The notes beneath the pieces were generated by a model that had not been told where the DNA came from, searched no databases, and saw only the letters and a list, made by a program, of their open reading frames with translations. This document shows, piece by piece, positions 9,420-20,630 of a stretch of 64,000 nucleotides of DNA (position 1 is the stretch's first letter; each line of letters begins with the position of its first letter). This DNA is from Candidatus Eiseniibacteriota bacterium (GTDB lineage Bacteria > Eisenbacteria > RBG-16-71-46 > SZUA-252): positions 1,472,001-1,536,000 of the forward strand of contig OY969801.1 in assembly GCA_963703225.1 (NCBI GenBank). The letters are read 5' to 3'. Position numbers and translations under genes: made by a program.

Positions 9420-10640
9420 CTAGTTCAGGCGCTCGACCGACCGCGCGGGAAGGAACCGCGTCGCGCGGTGGACCACGCGCTCGACGTATCTCCAGAAACT
9501 CTTGGGCCACTCGAGCATCGAGGGCGTCGGGTCATCCCAGGCCCACAGGGCGAACGTCTTTCGCCGAGAGAGGAACTGGAGCAGCTCCCTCCCTCCCCCC
9601 GGCTGGCCCAGGGACCCCACCAGAGAGGGAAAGTCGTTCTCGAAGTCCACCCACATGCGGCCCGGCCCCGAGGTCTGGATCGATGGCGGGATGGCGTCGT
9701 CGCTGGTCTGGTATCGATAGGCGATGTAGGGAAAGTCCACGCCGTTCACGATGCAGCATAGGATGTAGAAATCGAACCGTCCGATGGTCGGCTCGATCAC
9801 GAACCGCCGCCCCGTGTCGTCCTCCTTGATCTCGAGCGAGGCCGGGCCACAGACGGGGACGTTCCTGAAAAACCGGAGCGCCTCTTCCGCGATGTCGGGG
9901 CGATTCGCCGGCTCCGCGCTGCAGGCCCCTCCGAGGTTTCTCGGGTACGAACGCACCTTCCGGCCCACAAACGTGGCGATGGGGCGGTGCGCGCGGTCGA
10001 AATAGAAATTGGCGAAATAGATGCTCGGCTCCATCCCCGTGACCCATTCTTGAAGTAGGAATTGATGGACGGTCTTCTCAAAGCGCTCGAGGTGCCGAAC
10101 GAGGTCCCCCTCTCCCGAGACCTTCATGGCCTTGAAGCCGGAGAGAGGCTTGGTCGGCTTCACGGCCATCGGGTAGCGCAGCTCCCCTCGGACGCGGTCC
10201 AGATCGGCGACTCCCGAGACCAACCATGAGCGTGGGTAGTTGAGCCCGCTCGAGGTCGCGATCGACTCGATGTGCTCCTTGTCGAGGAGTCTGCGAACGA
10301 CGCCGGGGTCGGGCCAATGGAGGCGATAGAGAGAGCGAATTTCATCGAGGGAGCCGGCGACGGTTCGCACCATGTTGTCGTTTGTCAGGAACAGCACGGG
10401 ATTGTCGTCGAACCGGCGGCGGTATTCGACCAAGTCCGCGATCAGTGCCGGGCCGTTGATGTTGGTGGCCGGCAGGACCGTGGCGTACCTGGACCGAATG
10501 GCCGGCAGGTTGGGATTGCTCTCGAGGGAGAGCACGGGAATACCTCTCCGCCCGAGCGACCGCGCGATCGCAAGCCCATGGCTGCACATTCCAACGACGA
10601 CGACGGGAGCGATGGCTTGGGATGAAGCGTTGCGTGGCAC
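9420..10640 (-). CDS. ATP-grasp carboxylate-amine ligase (D-aspartate ligase-like)
   Basis: GLAIARSLGRRGI, LLDK, YPMAVKP, LLQEWV, SLEIKED, IEPTIGR. Confidence 0.8.
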   Translation of the reverse strand: MPRNASSQAIAPVVVVGMCSHGLAIARSLGRRGIPVLSLESNPNLPAIRSRYATVLPATNINGPALIADLVEYRRRFDDNPVLFLTNDNMVRTVAGSLDEIRSLYRLHWPDPGVVRRLLDKEHIESIATSSGLNYPRSWLVSGVADLDRVRGELRYPMAVKPTKPLSGFKAMKVSGEGDLVRHLERFEKTVHQFLLQEWVTGMEPSIYFANFYFDRAHRPIATFVGRKVRSYPRNLGGACSAEPANRPDIAEEALRFFRNVPVCGPASLEIKEDDTGRRFVIEPTIGRFDFYILCCIVNGVDFPYIAYRYQTSDDAIPPSIQTSGPGRMWVDFENDFPSLVGSLGQPGGGRELLQFLSRRKTFALWAWDDPTPSMLEWPKSFWRYVERVVHRATRFLPARSVERLN

Positions 10641-10692
10641 GCCTTAGAAGATACGCCAGCTGCCTCCGGCGAGCAAATCGGCTCGCTCGCGG

Positions 10693-11937
10693 TCAGTCAC
10701 GCGCGAGGGAGTCGAGGAGCGCCGCCAGCTCACCGGCCCTGGAACGACGCGAGTGTCGCCGAATTTCTTCGGGAGACGCCAAGGGAGCGGTGCCCCTGCG
10801 AAGGGCGTCGAGGAATCGGCGCAGGCCCTCGGCGATCTGATGCTGCGAGTCGAGAGGGACGACGGTGTCGACGCCGGCCCCGGTGAGCACTCGCGCGGAG
10901 TCTCCCGCGGCGTCGGTCATGGCGAAAATGGGCCGTCGAGCGCGCAAGTACTCGTAGATCTTGGCCGGCACCTGGTGATTGCAGTTGGAGGCCTGGAACA
11001 AGAGCAGCCCGTCGGCCGCCAGCATCTCCGCGAGCGCCGCGCGGTAGCCGACGGCGGGCTCGAGGCGGATGATGTCGCCGATGCCCTGCCCCTCGAGCAT
11101 GGGACGGTATTCGTCATCAAACCCGGATGCTCGGAGAACGATCTGAAGTGTGGCCGCCGATATCGCCCCCTCTCGCCGCAGGGCAGCCACCGCGGCAAAG
11201 AAGGCTCGCGGATCGCGCTCCGAGGGATAGAGGAGACCGCTGTGGACCAGGACGGTCGGCGAGCCCCGGGCTGGGCGGTCCGACGCCCCCTGCTCCACCT
11301 CGAGGAAGCGCTCCTCGTCATAGCCGTTCGGGATGACCGCCCACCGGGTCGCCGGAATATGAGGGTAACGATCCGCGTACATGCGGAGCGCGCCGGGGGT
11401 CGTGAAGACCGCGCGGGCCGCCTGAGCCACCGTACGCCGCTCGATCCCACGATAGACACCGCGCACGGTCGGATCGGGTGGATAGTGAGGCTCGGTCATG
11501 GAATCCCGAAAGTCGGCGACCCAGGGAATGCCCGTGATCGAGTGCAGCCCCAGGCCGATCAAGTGCGCCGTCGCGATCGGATAGGTGGACCAGAGGAGCT
11601 GGGGGCGATACCGGCGCACGATCCCGAGCCCGGTGGGAATGGCGCCCAGGCACCAGCTCGACCACCGGTCAGGGAGCGCGAGAAACTTGGGATAGGCGCC
11701 GCGCAGCGCCAGGTGCCGCGAAGCATCCAGCGCAAAGGCTCGGTGGACCGGTATGTCGTCGGGGATATCCCCCAGCAAGTCGTCGCCCTTGTCCGGATAC
11801 GCGCGTGGATGCGCGGTCAGGACGATCGGCTGCCAGCCGTGCTCGCGCAGATCTCTCGAAAACGTCAGCGTCCGCTGAATTCCGCTGCTCCCCCGGAGGG
11901 GCGGATAGTGGAAGGCGATCATGAGGACCCGCTTCAT
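10693..11937 (-). CDS. Glycosyltransferase family 4
   Basis: IAFHYPP...GIQR, WVADFRD, IPNGYD, PAKIYEYL. Confidence 0.9.
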   Translation of the reverse strand: MKRVLMIAFHYPPLRGSSGIQRTLTFSRDLREHGWQPIVLTAHPRAYPDKGDDLLGDIPDDIPVHRAFALDASRHLALRGAYPKFLALPDRWSSWCLGAIPTGLGIVRRYRPQLLWSTYPIATAHLIGLGLHSITGIPWVADFRDSMTEPHYPPDPTVRGVYRGIERRTVAQAARAVFTTPGALRMYADRYPHIPATRWAVIPNGYDEERFLEVEQGASDRPARGSPTVLVHSGLLYPSERDPRAFFAAVAALRREGAISAATLQIVLRASGFDDEYRPMLEGQGIGDIIRLEPAVGYRAALAEMLAADGLLLFQASNCNHQVPAKIYEYLRARRPIFAMTDAAGDSARVLTGAGVDTVVPLDSQHQIAEGLRRFLDALRRGTAPLASPEEIRRHSRRSRAGELAALLDSLARD

Positions 11938-11965
11938 CTCGTCGCCTGCACGGCACGCCCGGGTG

Positions 11966-13270
11966 TCAGGGCACGTCCTGGAGGGCGTCCTCGTACGTCC
12001 CGCGTCGCCGCGCGAGGATCGCCTTCCCGCCGCCCACGAGGACCTCTGCCGGCGTCGGCTGACTCAGGAAGCCGAGCGGGCTGGCCGTCCGGGCGTAGGC
12101 ACCGGATTGGAAAATCCCGAACAGGTCGCCGACCTTGGCGTTCGGCAGCGCGACGTCTCGCGCGATGACATCAAGGGGCGTGCAGAGCGGACCGACGACG
12201 TCGACCGTCCCGCCCACGGGCTCGTCCAATCGGTTCACGATCGCGGATGGGAAGTTTCGCTTGATCACTTGCCCGAGGTTGCCCGACGCCGCCAGATGGT
12301 GGTTCATCCCACCGTCCACGATCAGAAATGTCTTGCCTCTTGACTCCTTGATGTCATTGATGCGCGTCACATAGATCCCTGCTTCACCAACCAGGTACCT
12401 GCCTGGCTCGATCAAGAGCTGGGTCCCCCGGAAGCGCGCGTCCGCGCGAATCTCGGCCGCCAAGGGTGCCAGGGACGTCCGGAGAGCGTCCATGGGGAGT
12501 GGCGCCTCGTTTGGAAAGTAGGGAATCCCGAGCCCGCCGCCGAAATCAACGGTTCGGAGCGGGCTCCCGATTCGGTCCGCGACACGGCGGGCGATCTCGA
12601 TGCCTCTCCGGTACTGGGCCACGAGAACGTCCGGCTCCAAGATTTGGGTCCCCGTGAACAGGTGGATCCCCTGAAATTGGATATGCGGGTTATCGATGAG
12701 CTGGTCCAAGACGACGTCGAGGCGCTCCTCGTCGACGCCGAATGGGGCTGGCTTCCCCCCCATCCGCATGGCGCCGCCCTGGACGTCGGCCCCGGGGTTC
12801 ACCCGGAGGGCCACGCGCGCGCGGACGCCGAGCCGTTGGCTGATCGCGGCGACACGGCTCGATTCGAGTTGGGACTCGACGTGAATCTCGCCGATGCCCC
12901 GGCCCAGGACGAATTCGAGCTCGGCCTCGGTCTTCCCCGGACCCGCGAACAGGATCCGCTCGGATGGGCATCCGGCGCGAAGCGCCTGGTGGAATTCCCC
13001 GGCCGATGCAATCTCGAGCCCAAGGCCCAAGCCTACGAAGTGGCGGAGTATGGCGGGACACGGGTTCGCCTTGACGGAATAGCTGATCGCGAATTCCTTG
13101 GGAAATGTCCCGCGGAGCAAAGCGAGCTGCCTGTCCAGCACCGCCGCGTCGTACACGAAGAGCGGCGTTCCGTGGGCCTCCACCAGGGTGCGCACGGGGA
13201 TCCCGCCGATCTGGAGCTCCCCGCCGGCCGCGCGAAAGTGGCGCGCGAGGAGATCCCGGACATGATCCAT
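11966..13270 (-). CDS. PLP-dependent decarboxylase (DAP/Orn-decarboxylase fold), exosortase A system-associated type
   Basis: YSVKANP (PLP lysine), FAGPGK, DFGGGLG, EPGRYLV, GPLCTPLD, SPLGFLS; start taken at MDHVR. Confidence 0.85.
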   Translation of the reverse strand: MDHVRDLLARHFRAAGGELQIGGIPVRTLVEAHGTPLFVYDAAVLDRQLALLRGTFPKEFAISYSVKANPCPAILRHFVGLGLGLEIASAGEFHQALRAGCPSERILFAGPGKTEAELEFVLGRGIGEIHVESQLESSRVAAISQRLGVRARVALRVNPGADVQGGAMRMGGKPAPFGVDEERLDVVLDQLIDNPHIQFQGIHLFTGTQILEPDVLVAQYRRGIEIARRVADRIGSPLRTVDFGGGLGIPYFPNEAPLPMDALRTSLAPLAAEIRADARFRGTQLLIEPGRYLVGEAGIYVTRINDIKESRGKTFLIVDGGMNHHLAASGNLGQVIKRNFPSAIVNRLDEPVGGTVDVVGPLCTPLDVIARDVALPNAKVGDLFGIFQSGAYARTASPLGFLSQPTPAEVLVGGGKAILARRRGTYEDALQDVP

Positions 13271-13272
13271 CT

Positions 13273-14844
13273 TCAAAGCCCCTCGCGGCGCCGAAGGGCG
13301 GGATAGTCCACTTTGCCGCTGCTGGTCTTGGGCAGGTGGTCGAGGGCTTCGATCGACTTGGGGATCATGTATGGAGGCATCTTCTCCGCGCAGAACGCTC
13401 GAAGGGCTTCTAGATCCAGCGCGGTGCCCTCGCCGGGTACGACGAACGCGACGATGGCCTGTCCGAGCAGAGCATCGGGGACTCCGATGACGGCGGCCCC
13501 CTGCACCTTCCCGCTCTGAAAGAGAACTTCCTCGACTTCGGTGGGGCTGACCCGGAAGCCCGAGGACTTGATCATGTTGTCCCGGCGACCGACAAAGTAG
13601 AGAAATCCATCTTGGTCCGTCTGGACCAGGTCTCCCGAGTAGCAGACCTTCTCCACCTCCCCGAGGTCGGGCGGGAGGAACGGATTGGGGCGCAGAACCC
13701 GTGCGGTCAGCTCCGGCTGCGCCCAATAGCCCATCGAAACCGTCGGCCCGCGGTGCACGAGCTCTCCGATCTCGCCCGGGCCGCACCTCCGGCCGTTCTC
13801 GTCGACCACAAGAATTTCCGTGTTCGGAATCGCCTTCCCCATGGACGTCGGCCGCCGGTCCAGCTCTCCGGGCGGCAGGTAGGTCGATCGGAAGGCCTCG
13901 GTGAGGCCGTACATGAGGTAGATCTTCGTCGTGGGGAGCGCTCGCCGCAGCGTGGCCAGAACGTCCTGGGGCATGGCTCCGCCGGTGTTCGTGATGTAGC
14001 GAAGGTCGGGATAGGTGCCCTTGTGGAGGGACGAACTCGGCTGCGAGAGGAGGCTCCAGAGGGTTGGAACGCCCGCCAAGCCGGTGATTCGCTCCTCGCG
14101 GAGTGCGGTCACGATCTCACGAGCGAAGACGAACGGCTTCAGAATGATCGTCGCGCCCTGCTGGAAGGCGGTCATGATCTGGTTGAGACCGGCGTCGAAA
14201 CTGAACGGCAGCACCGCCAGGATTCGCTCCGAGGAAGTGATCTCGAGGTACGTGGAGACAATGGAGCTCCCCGCCATGACCTGCGCGTGGCTCAGCATGA
14301 CTCCCTTGGGCTTCCCCGTCGAACCCGACGTGTAGAGGATGGCCGCGAGATCTTTCTCGATTGAATCCTCGCGGGCTTCGGCCGGCTGGGGGCTTTCGCA
14401 CAGTTCCTCGAAGGGATAGATCGGAAGGCCGGTCACCGGCTCCGGAACGGGTCCTCCCACGACGAGAAACTCGAGAGAGGTCATCGTCGCGAGGACGGGC
14501 GCGATCGCCGTCAACTTGGCCGCGGTTGTGATGAGGCCTCGCATGCGGCAATCCCGCGCGATGTGGGAGACCTGGTCCGGGAAGAGGACACCGTTGATCG
14601 GAACGAAAACTCCGCCCGCGCGTGAGATGGCGAAGATGGAGAGCGCCTGCTCGACGGAGGCGTCGAGGTAGATGCCGACCCGGTCGCCCCGGTCGAGCCC
14701 CGCGCGCCGCAGGCCGCCCGCCAAGCCGCCGACCTTCCTCCAGACCTCGCCGTAGGGGAGCCGCCTCTCCCCGTGGACGAGAGCCTCCTTGTCCGGGAGC
14801 CGGTGCGCACTCGTTCGGAGCATGTGATGAATCAGAAAGTCCAC
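13273..14844 (-). CDS. Acyl-CoA ligase/AMP-forming adenylation enzyme, exosortase A-associated type
   Basis: ILYTSGSTGKPKGV, LPFSFDAGLNQ, MYGLTEAFRS, SGD, PKTSSGKVD. Confidence 0.9.
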   Translation of the reverse strand: MDFLIHHMLRTSAHRLPDKEALVHGERRLPYGEVWRKVGGLAGGLRRAGLDRGDRVGIYLDASVEQALSIFAISRAGGVFVPINGVLFPDQVSHIARDCRMRGLITTAAKLTAIAPVLATMTSLEFLVVGGPVPEPVTGLPIYPFEELCESPQPAEAREDSIEKDLAAILYTSGSTGKPKGVMLSHAQVMAGSSIVSTYLEITSSERILAVLPFSFDAGLNQIMTAFQQGATIILKPFVFAREIVTALREERITGLAGVPTLWSLLSQPSSSLHKGTYPDLRYITNTGGAMPQDVLATLRRALPTTKIYLMYGLTEAFRSTYLPPGELDRRPTSMGKAIPNTEILVVDENGRRCGPGEIGELVHRGPTVSMGYWAQPELTARVLRPNPFLPPDLGEVEKVCYSGDLVQTDQDGFLYFVGRRDNMIKSSGFRVSPTEVEEVLFQSGKVQGAAVIGVPDALLGQAIVAFVVPGEGTALDLEALRAFCAEKMPPYMIPKSIEALDHLPKTSSGKVDYPALRRREGL

Positions 14845-14845
14845 G

Positions 14846-15127
14846 CTACCCGTCCCTCGGAGCGTCTTGGTCGCGGGGCCGCCTCTGTTCGACAAACCGG
14901 GCGATGCTCGCGATGGACTCGAAACGTTCTGGCAGGAGATCCTCGTCCGCGACCGTGATTTCAAACTCCCGCTCGACGAAGGCCACGACCTCGAGAATTC
15001 CCAGGGAATCAAGAATGCCGTTGCCCAGCAACGGATCTCCGTCGCCGATCGCGCGCTTTCGCGCCAATGGAAATTGGTTCAGGATGAAATTCCGGACCCG
15101 GCTCTGAGCGGAGTCAGCCTGCATCAA
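14846..15127 (-). CDS. Acyl carrier protein
   Basis: GILDSLGILEVV phosphopantetheinylation motif; small and acidic; adjacent to the ligase. Confidence 0.9.
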   Translation of the reverse strand: MMQADSAQSRVRNFILNQFPLARKRAIGDGDPLLGNGILDSLGILEVVAFVEREFEITVADEDLLPERFESIASIARFVEQRRPRDQDAPRDG

Positions 15128-15142
15128 TCGTCTCGGAAGGGG

Positions 15143-16177
15143 TCAACTGTCCCGGTCCCCGTAGAGGAGCGGCCAGTCGCCGCACACGAGGGGCTCCTTC
15201 TCGGCCGAGTCGGGCCGGCGGTAGAGAATGACCGGGCTCGCCTCGCGAGCACGGAACCCAGCGCGCAGGAGATACGGGATGACGGGGTGCGACGAGAGCA
15301 CAGGGGCGGAGAGCGTGACGGAGCCGCGTGCCCTCAGAATGGCGGTGACCTCGTCGAGCAAGAGTCTCGTTGTCTCGGGCTCGCGGACGGATAGGTCCAT
15401 CAGCTGCGCGTGGGGTCCGGCTTGCGTGAACGCCGCGTATCCCCGGACTTCCCTTCCTGCGCGTGCGGTCAGGATCTCGTAACGGCCGAGCGGGTTCGTT
15501 CGGTATCTCCAATTCAGGTAGGCCGAGGATCGCTCCAGGTAGAGCCGAGACCGCCCCCGGATCGCGTGGTCCAACTCGTCGAACGAGTCATCGCAATCCT
15601 TGTCTTCAAGCGCCAGGGTTGTTCCCCGCGGAGGGGCTGGTCGGCGGACCGGCCGAAGGTCGGCGATGGCGCCCAAGAGCCCTGCCCCGGTCCGCAACCC
15701 AGGGATCGGAACCATGTCCCGGAACTTCGCCCCCCAGCGCAGCACCTTGGCGAAGCGGGTCATCGGACCGAACGGGTGGATTCCAAGGCGCCGATAGACC
15801 GCCATCATGGGCTCGCTCGGAAAGTCGTAGCAGAACGCGACGTCCCCCCGATCCACTCCTGAGATACAGGCCCGATTCAGCTGCAATGCCGGACCGAGCG
15901 TCCGGTATTGCTCGTGAATGCAAAAATCTCCGAGCACCCAGCAACGCTCATCGTTCCCGTCTCGAAAGGCCCGCCTCGGAAAGGCGCTCGCCATGCCGAC
16001 CGTCTCGCCGCGGCTGTCGTCGACTGCGATCCACGCCGCCGCCGGGCCGTACGGATTCGCACGATACAGCCATTCGAAGCGCGCCGCGTTCGAAAGCGGA
16101 GTCAGGTACCGACGGAGCATGTCGATGATCAGCTCCCGGTCCGCGTCCAAGTCGGCCGCCCGGATTGTGAGCCCCAC
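15143..16177 (-). CDS. GNAT-family acyltransferase
   Basis: FEWLYRANPYG, DFCIHEQYRTLG, YDFPS, RSSAYLNWRY. Confidence 0.75.
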   Translation of the reverse strand: MGLTIRAADLDADRELIIDMLRRYLTPLSNAARFEWLYRANPYGPAAAWIAVDDSRGETVGMASAFPRRAFRDGNDERCWVLGDFCIHEQYRTLGPALQLNRACISGVDRGDVAFCYDFPSEPMMAVYRRLGIHPFGPMTRFAKVLRWGAKFRDMVPIPGLRTGAGLLGAIADLRPVRRPAPPRGTTLALEDKDCDDSFDELDHAIRGRSRLYLERSSAYLNWRYRTNPLGRYEILTARAGREVRGYAAFTQAGPHAQLMDLSVREPETTRLLLDEVTAILRARGSVTLSAPVLSSHPVIPYLLRAGFRAREASPVILYRRPDSAEKEPLVCGDWPLLYGDRDS

Positions 16178-16255
16178 GGGTCTCAGCCCTTCTTCAATGC
16201 TCGAACCATGTTCGACCGGGAATCGATCGGAAAGCGAAGGCGCGCCCGATTTGGC

Positions 16256-17330
16256 TCAAGCGCGCAGCTTATTGTAGAGCAGGCGCACGCCAAAAGCAAA
16301 AATGTCCTCGTCCCACGGGGTGTCCCGGCGAAGCTCGAAGACATCCGATTCGGGCTCGTTCGAGCCATGGATGGTGGTGACGGCGTAGGTGTAGCCGGCG
16401 CTTTGGATGAGGGTTTTGGTCTCGGGGAGAAAGTCGGAGCGGGACCCGTTGGGATAGGCGAATCCATGGACGGGTACGCCGAGTTGCTCCTCGATCGTTC
16501 GCTTCGATTCCACGATTTCGCGCAGCGCCTGGGCCCGATCGACCCGAGACAAGATGGGATGTGTCGCCGTGTGCGACCCAAAGTGAATTCCGGCGCGATT
16601 CATGATCCTCACCTCTTCCCACGAGAGCATGAGCCCGGACGCCGCGGCGGGCGGACCGACGCGCAACGCATGCCGAAGCCGCGAGACAGCCTCCGCCCGT
16701 TGGGCCTCGCTCAGCGTTCGAATGTGCGCGAGGAACGCGTATTGGAGGCGGAGCCGATCGTCGACGGTTCCCAGGGAGCCTCGAATCCCTTCCGGACCGA
16801 AGGGCTCGAGGGTCGACTCGGCGGTCTCCCGAAAGGCGGAAAACACCTCGTCATGCCACAGCCGCCGATCCGATCCGATGACCGAGGTCGCGAGGAAGAT
16901 CGTCGCGGGGATCGAGTATCGCTGAAGAATCGGAAACGCGTGGAGGTAGTTATCGCGATACCCATCGTCGAGAGTGACGGCGATGGCGTTGTCCGGGAGG
17001 GTGCCACCGCGGAGGCCCGCGACAAGCTCCTGAAGCGACAAGACGCGAAAGCGGGACGATACGTATGCCATCTGGCGCTCGAACTCGGGCGGCCGGGACG
17101 CCCCTAAAGAAGGGATCGCCCTCGTCGTTCACGCGATGGTAAATGAGAATCTGGGCGTTGCGGGCCCTGCGCGGCTCGATGAAGGGGAACGCGGGGCGGC
17201 CGGCTGAATTGACCCGGAGGCGAGCGCCGTTCACCAGGGGGCGTGCGACGGCCAAGACGCCGCTCCAATGGAGAAATCGGGACGCGGAGCGGAAGGCGCG
17301 AGTTCGGAAGGTGTGCCGGTTGGAGTCCAT
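16256..17330 (-). CDS. Polysaccharide deacetylase; frameshift near 17088
   Basis: ILIYHRV in the first frame; VTLDDGYRDN, FGSHTATHPIL and FAYPNG in the second; removing one C restores AAEFERQM. Confidence 0.85.
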
Positions 17331-17333
17331 GAC

Positions 17334-19268
17334 TCAGGCCCGGCTTTCGGGCGCAGCCGAGGTGCCCCTTCCGTCGGGATCGAGGCCCCGATGCCACAAC
17401 TCTAGGATCATCAGATTCCACACCGTCGTTCCAAAGAAAGAGGTCGGATCGGAACGATGCTGCCGGATGAGCGCTTCGAGCGCTTCCCTTCGAAAGTAGC
17501 CCCGAGAGAGCGCCCGGTGCCCGAGCACCAAGTCGTCCATCATCTCCATCAGCACCTTGTCGGTCTGGAGCCAGTGCGCGATCGGAAGCCCGAATCCATG
17601 CTTCGACTTCGCCCGCACCTCATGCGGAAGAAGGTCGGCGTACGCTCGCTTGAAGAACGTGCGAAGCTCCCGCCCGCGCATTTTCATGGACGCGGGAACG
17701 GTCATGGCGAACTCGGCGAGATGATAGTCCAGAAACGGAAATCGGACCGTCACCCCGGCCGCTTCGCTCATCCGCGTGACCTTGAAGAGATCGTTGTCCG
17801 AGATCGCGAGATGGAGGTCCAGGTAGAGCTGACGGTCCAGCTCCGTGCGCGCGGGTGCCTCGTCGTGGAGCCGTTCCAACGTGGCACCGGGATCGTATCC
17901 TCGCCCCACCTCGGCTAGAAAGTCGGCCGTCAGAAATCCCTCCATCGGAACGACGTTGAAAAAGTCGTAGGAAGTCAGCCGCTTTCCGGGAGAAAGCATG
18001 GCGCGCGCGATGTACTTCTTACCCTTGACGAATAGATCCCAGCGGAAGCGATCCGCGAGGGCGTCGACAACGGGCCGAATCATGCCTCGGCCCACCCAGG
18101 CCGGAATGCGATTGAAGTACTCGAACAGCTGCTGCGTCGCGTAGCGCTCGTTTCCGCCGAACAACTCATCTCCACCGTCTCCAGCGTAGAGTACGTCCAC
18201 GCCGTGGTCGCGCGCGAGCCGTGCGCACAGATACGTCGGCACGGCGGAGGCGTTGCCGAACGGCTCATCGAACGATGCCAGAAGCGTGGGGAGCATCGCG
18301 GGCACGTCCTTGGGAACGACGAAGTACTCGAAGTGTTCCGCGCCGAGGGCGCGGGCTGCGATCCGTGCATAGCTGATCTCATTGAACCGGGGCTCGCCGA
18401 ATCCGATCGAAAAACTCTTCACGGGCCGGCCGGCGGCCTGCATGAGGATCCCGGTGACGGTGCTGCTGTCGATCCCGCCACTCAAGAATGTTCCCAGGTG
18501 GTCGGGTTCCCCGTCCACTCGAAGGCGGCGCGCGATCGCCTCGGAGAATCGCGAGCGGAGGCTTGACGCGAGCTCGGGCTCGCGGGCCGTGCTCGGGTGG
18601 AGAAAGCTGATCCTCCAATAGGGGGCTAGCGATGTCTTGCCCTGTCGGTGGGTCAGGAGGTGGCCGGGGGGGAGCTTGACGACTTCGCGGAACACGGTCT
18701 TGGGCGTGGGGATGGCCGAAGACGCCACCGTGTCGACGATGGCATCGGCCCGGATGGTGGCCGGGACCGGGATGGGCGACGCGAGGAGCGCCCCGATCCG
18801 CGAAGCGAACACGAGCTGGTCGGGACGGTCGCTGTAGAAAAGAGGCTGGATTCGGAAGCGGTCGGTAGCGACGTAGAGCTCCTCGATCCTCCCGTCCCAT
18901 AGGGCGAGCGATAGCTCGCCGTCCAGGCGCTCGATGAAGGAGATCCCCTCGCGCAGATAGCGCCCGAGCATTCCCTCGGGGAGATCCGCTCGCACGCCGC
19001 CGTGGTCTGCCGATGGGGCGGGTTCGTAAAGGCTCCCGTAGAGGACGATCGCGACCGGGGCCCCGTCGCTCGTCGCGCGGGCCACTCCCCCCACCTGCCT
19101 GCCGAAGAGCGACGATCCGAATAGGACGGGCCCAACGGCCAGGGTCGTTGTTCTCGCCGCGCCCTCGTTGCCTGGGCCGACCGAGAGCCGCCTGCACATC
19201 GCCTCAAGGGAGGCCGGCGCCAGCTCTGCATCCTTGCTCTTCGCGAGGACGCCGCAAATCCCGCTCAT
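17334..19268 (-). CDS. Asparagine synthetase-like amidotransferase with an atypical N-terminus (Ser2)
   Basis: FLSGGIDSS, YAGDGGDELFGG, VRFPFLD, KHGFGLP; begins MSGICG. Confidence 0.85.
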   Translation of the reverse strand: MSGICGVLAKSKDAELAPASLEAMCRRLSVGPGNEGAARTTTLAVGPVLFGSSLFGRQVGGVARATSDGAPVAIVLYGSLYEPAPSADHGGVRADLPEGMLGRYLREGISFIERLDGELSLALWDGRIEELYVATDRFRIQPLFYSDRPDQLVFASRIGALLASPIPVPATIRADAIVDTVASSAIPTPKTVFREVVKLPPGHLLTHRQGKTSLAPYWRISFLHPSTAREPELASSLRSRFSEAIARRLRVDGEPDHLGTFLSGGIDSSTVTGILMQAAGRPVKSFSIGFGEPRFNEISYARIAARALGAEHFEYFVVPKDVPAMLPTLLASFDEPFGNASAVPTYLCARLARDHGVDVLYAGDGGDELFGGNERYATQQLFEYFNRIPAWVGRGMIRPVVDALADRFRWDLFVKGKKYIARAMLSPGKRLTSYDFFNVVPMEGFLTADFLAEVGRGYDPGATLERLHDEAPARTELDRQLYLDLHLAISDNDLFKVTRMSEAAGVTVRFPFLDYHLAEFAMTVPASMKMRGRELRTFFKRAYADLLPHEVRAKSKHGFGLPIAHWLQTDKVLMEMMDDLVLGHRALSRGYFRREALEALIRQHRSDPTSFFGTTVWNLMILELWHRGLDPDGRGTSAAPESRA

Positions 19269-19409
19269 GAGCTTGTCTCACCCTCCGGGACGGCGGGCCG
19301 GCGCGGGAGAAGCCATGTCGTCTTGCGCGGTGGAATTCGTGGAAGGAAAACCGGGTGGGGGCTGAACGAACACTTCATGCGCATGGAATGGTATTCTCAC
19401 GCGGTGCGA

Positions 19410-20630
19410 ATGTCCACACGGAAGTCCGCTCCGCATCGGCCCATCCGGGTCGCGCATGTCGTCGACCTTCTGGCTCTCGCGGGGATGGAGTACGGCGTGA
19501 TCAAGCTCGTGAATCGCCTCGATCCCGAGCAGATCAGCCCCATGATCGTCTGCATGCGCCATAAGACCGAGGACGTCGACAAACTGCTCGCGAGCACGAT
19601 CCCGGTGTTTGAGCTCCATAAGAGTCCGGGACGCAACTGGCGAGTGATCGGTCGGCTTGCTGCCCTGCTCCGGAGCGAGCGCGTCGACATCGTCCACTCC
19701 CACAATTGGTCCACCCTTCTCTACTCCGTCGCGGCCGCACGGCTCGCGGGGGTCCCGATCGTGGTGCATGGGGAGCACGGAAAGGATGAGACGATCCCCC
19801 ATCGCGGGCGGCTGATGGCGAGCCGCGTTCTGGGCCGCGGCGTGGCGCGGATTTGCACGGTGTCTCGGGACCTAGCGGAGGAACTGATTCGAGACTGGCG
19901 CGTTCCTCGAGAGCGAGTGACGCGAATTCCAAACGGGGTCGATCTCGAGGCCTTCGACAGCCACTTCCAGCCCGACGGAGTCCGCGAGGAGCTGCAGCTG
20001 ACCTCCGACAACCGCGTCGTGATGACCACGGGCGGATTTCGGCCGATCAAGGATCTCCCGACGTTGCTCCGCGCGTTCGCGCGCGTTCACCGGGCCGATC
20101 CGCTCGCCCGGCTTCTGCTGGTCGGGAGGGGGGATTCCGCAGCCCCTCACGCGGGATTGGATCGGCTCGCCGCTGAGTTGGGAGTCGCGGGAGCTGTTCG
20201 ATTCCTGGGCGTACGCCAGGACGTCCCCAGACTGCTGCAAGTCTGCGACGTCTACGTGAACTCCTCTCGGTTCGAGGGCATGTCCAACACCGTTCTGGAG
20301 GCGATGGCCGCGGGGAAACCGGTCGTCGCGACCGAAGTCGGCGGGAATCCGGAGATCGTGGAAGACGGCGTGACGGGGTTTCTGGTTCCGCCCGGGCAGG
20401 AAGAGCCGATGGCGGCCCGCATTGGTTGCTTGTTGAACGACCCGTCGCTTCGAAGCCGGATGGGCGCCTCGGGACGGGCGCGGATCGAGGCGGAACACTC
20501 CATGACAGGGATGATCCGCACCTATTCCGACCTCTACAAGGATCTCTGGGCGGGACGGGGCGGCCGTCGTCACGCGGCTTCCGAACATGCTACCATTTCT
20601 CCACGCGAGACAAGGGATCCGGCGCTCTAA
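19410..20630 (+). CDS. Glycosyltransferase family 4 (PEP-CTERM/EpsH-associated type)
   Basis: [29 protein letters not shown]; start uncertain. Confidence 0.88.
   Translation: MSTRKSAPHRPIRVAHVVDLLALAGMEYGVIKLVNRLDPEQISPMIVCMRHKTEDVDKLLASTIPVFELHKSPGRNWRVIGRLAALLRSERVDIVHSHNWSTLLYSVAAARLAGVPIVVHGEHGKDETIPHRGRLMASRVLGRGVARICTVSRDLAEELIRDWRVPRERVTRIPNGVDLEAFDSHFQPDGVREELQLTSDNRVVMTTGGFRPIKDLPTLLRAFARVHRADPLARLLLVGRGDSAAPHAGLDRLAAELGVAGAVRFLGVRQDVPRLLQVCDVYVNSSRFEGMSNTVLEAMAAGKPVVATEVGGNPEIVEDGVTGFLVPPGQEEPMAARIGCLLNDPSLRSRMGASGRARIEAEHSMTGMIRTYSDLYKDLWAGRGGRRHAASEHATISPRETRDPAL

Noticed and set aside
11966..13270. Calling the PLP enzyme lysA
   Set aside because: Its context with ACP and AMP-ligase and the GPLCTPLD motif fit the exosortase-associated decarboxylase subfamily better
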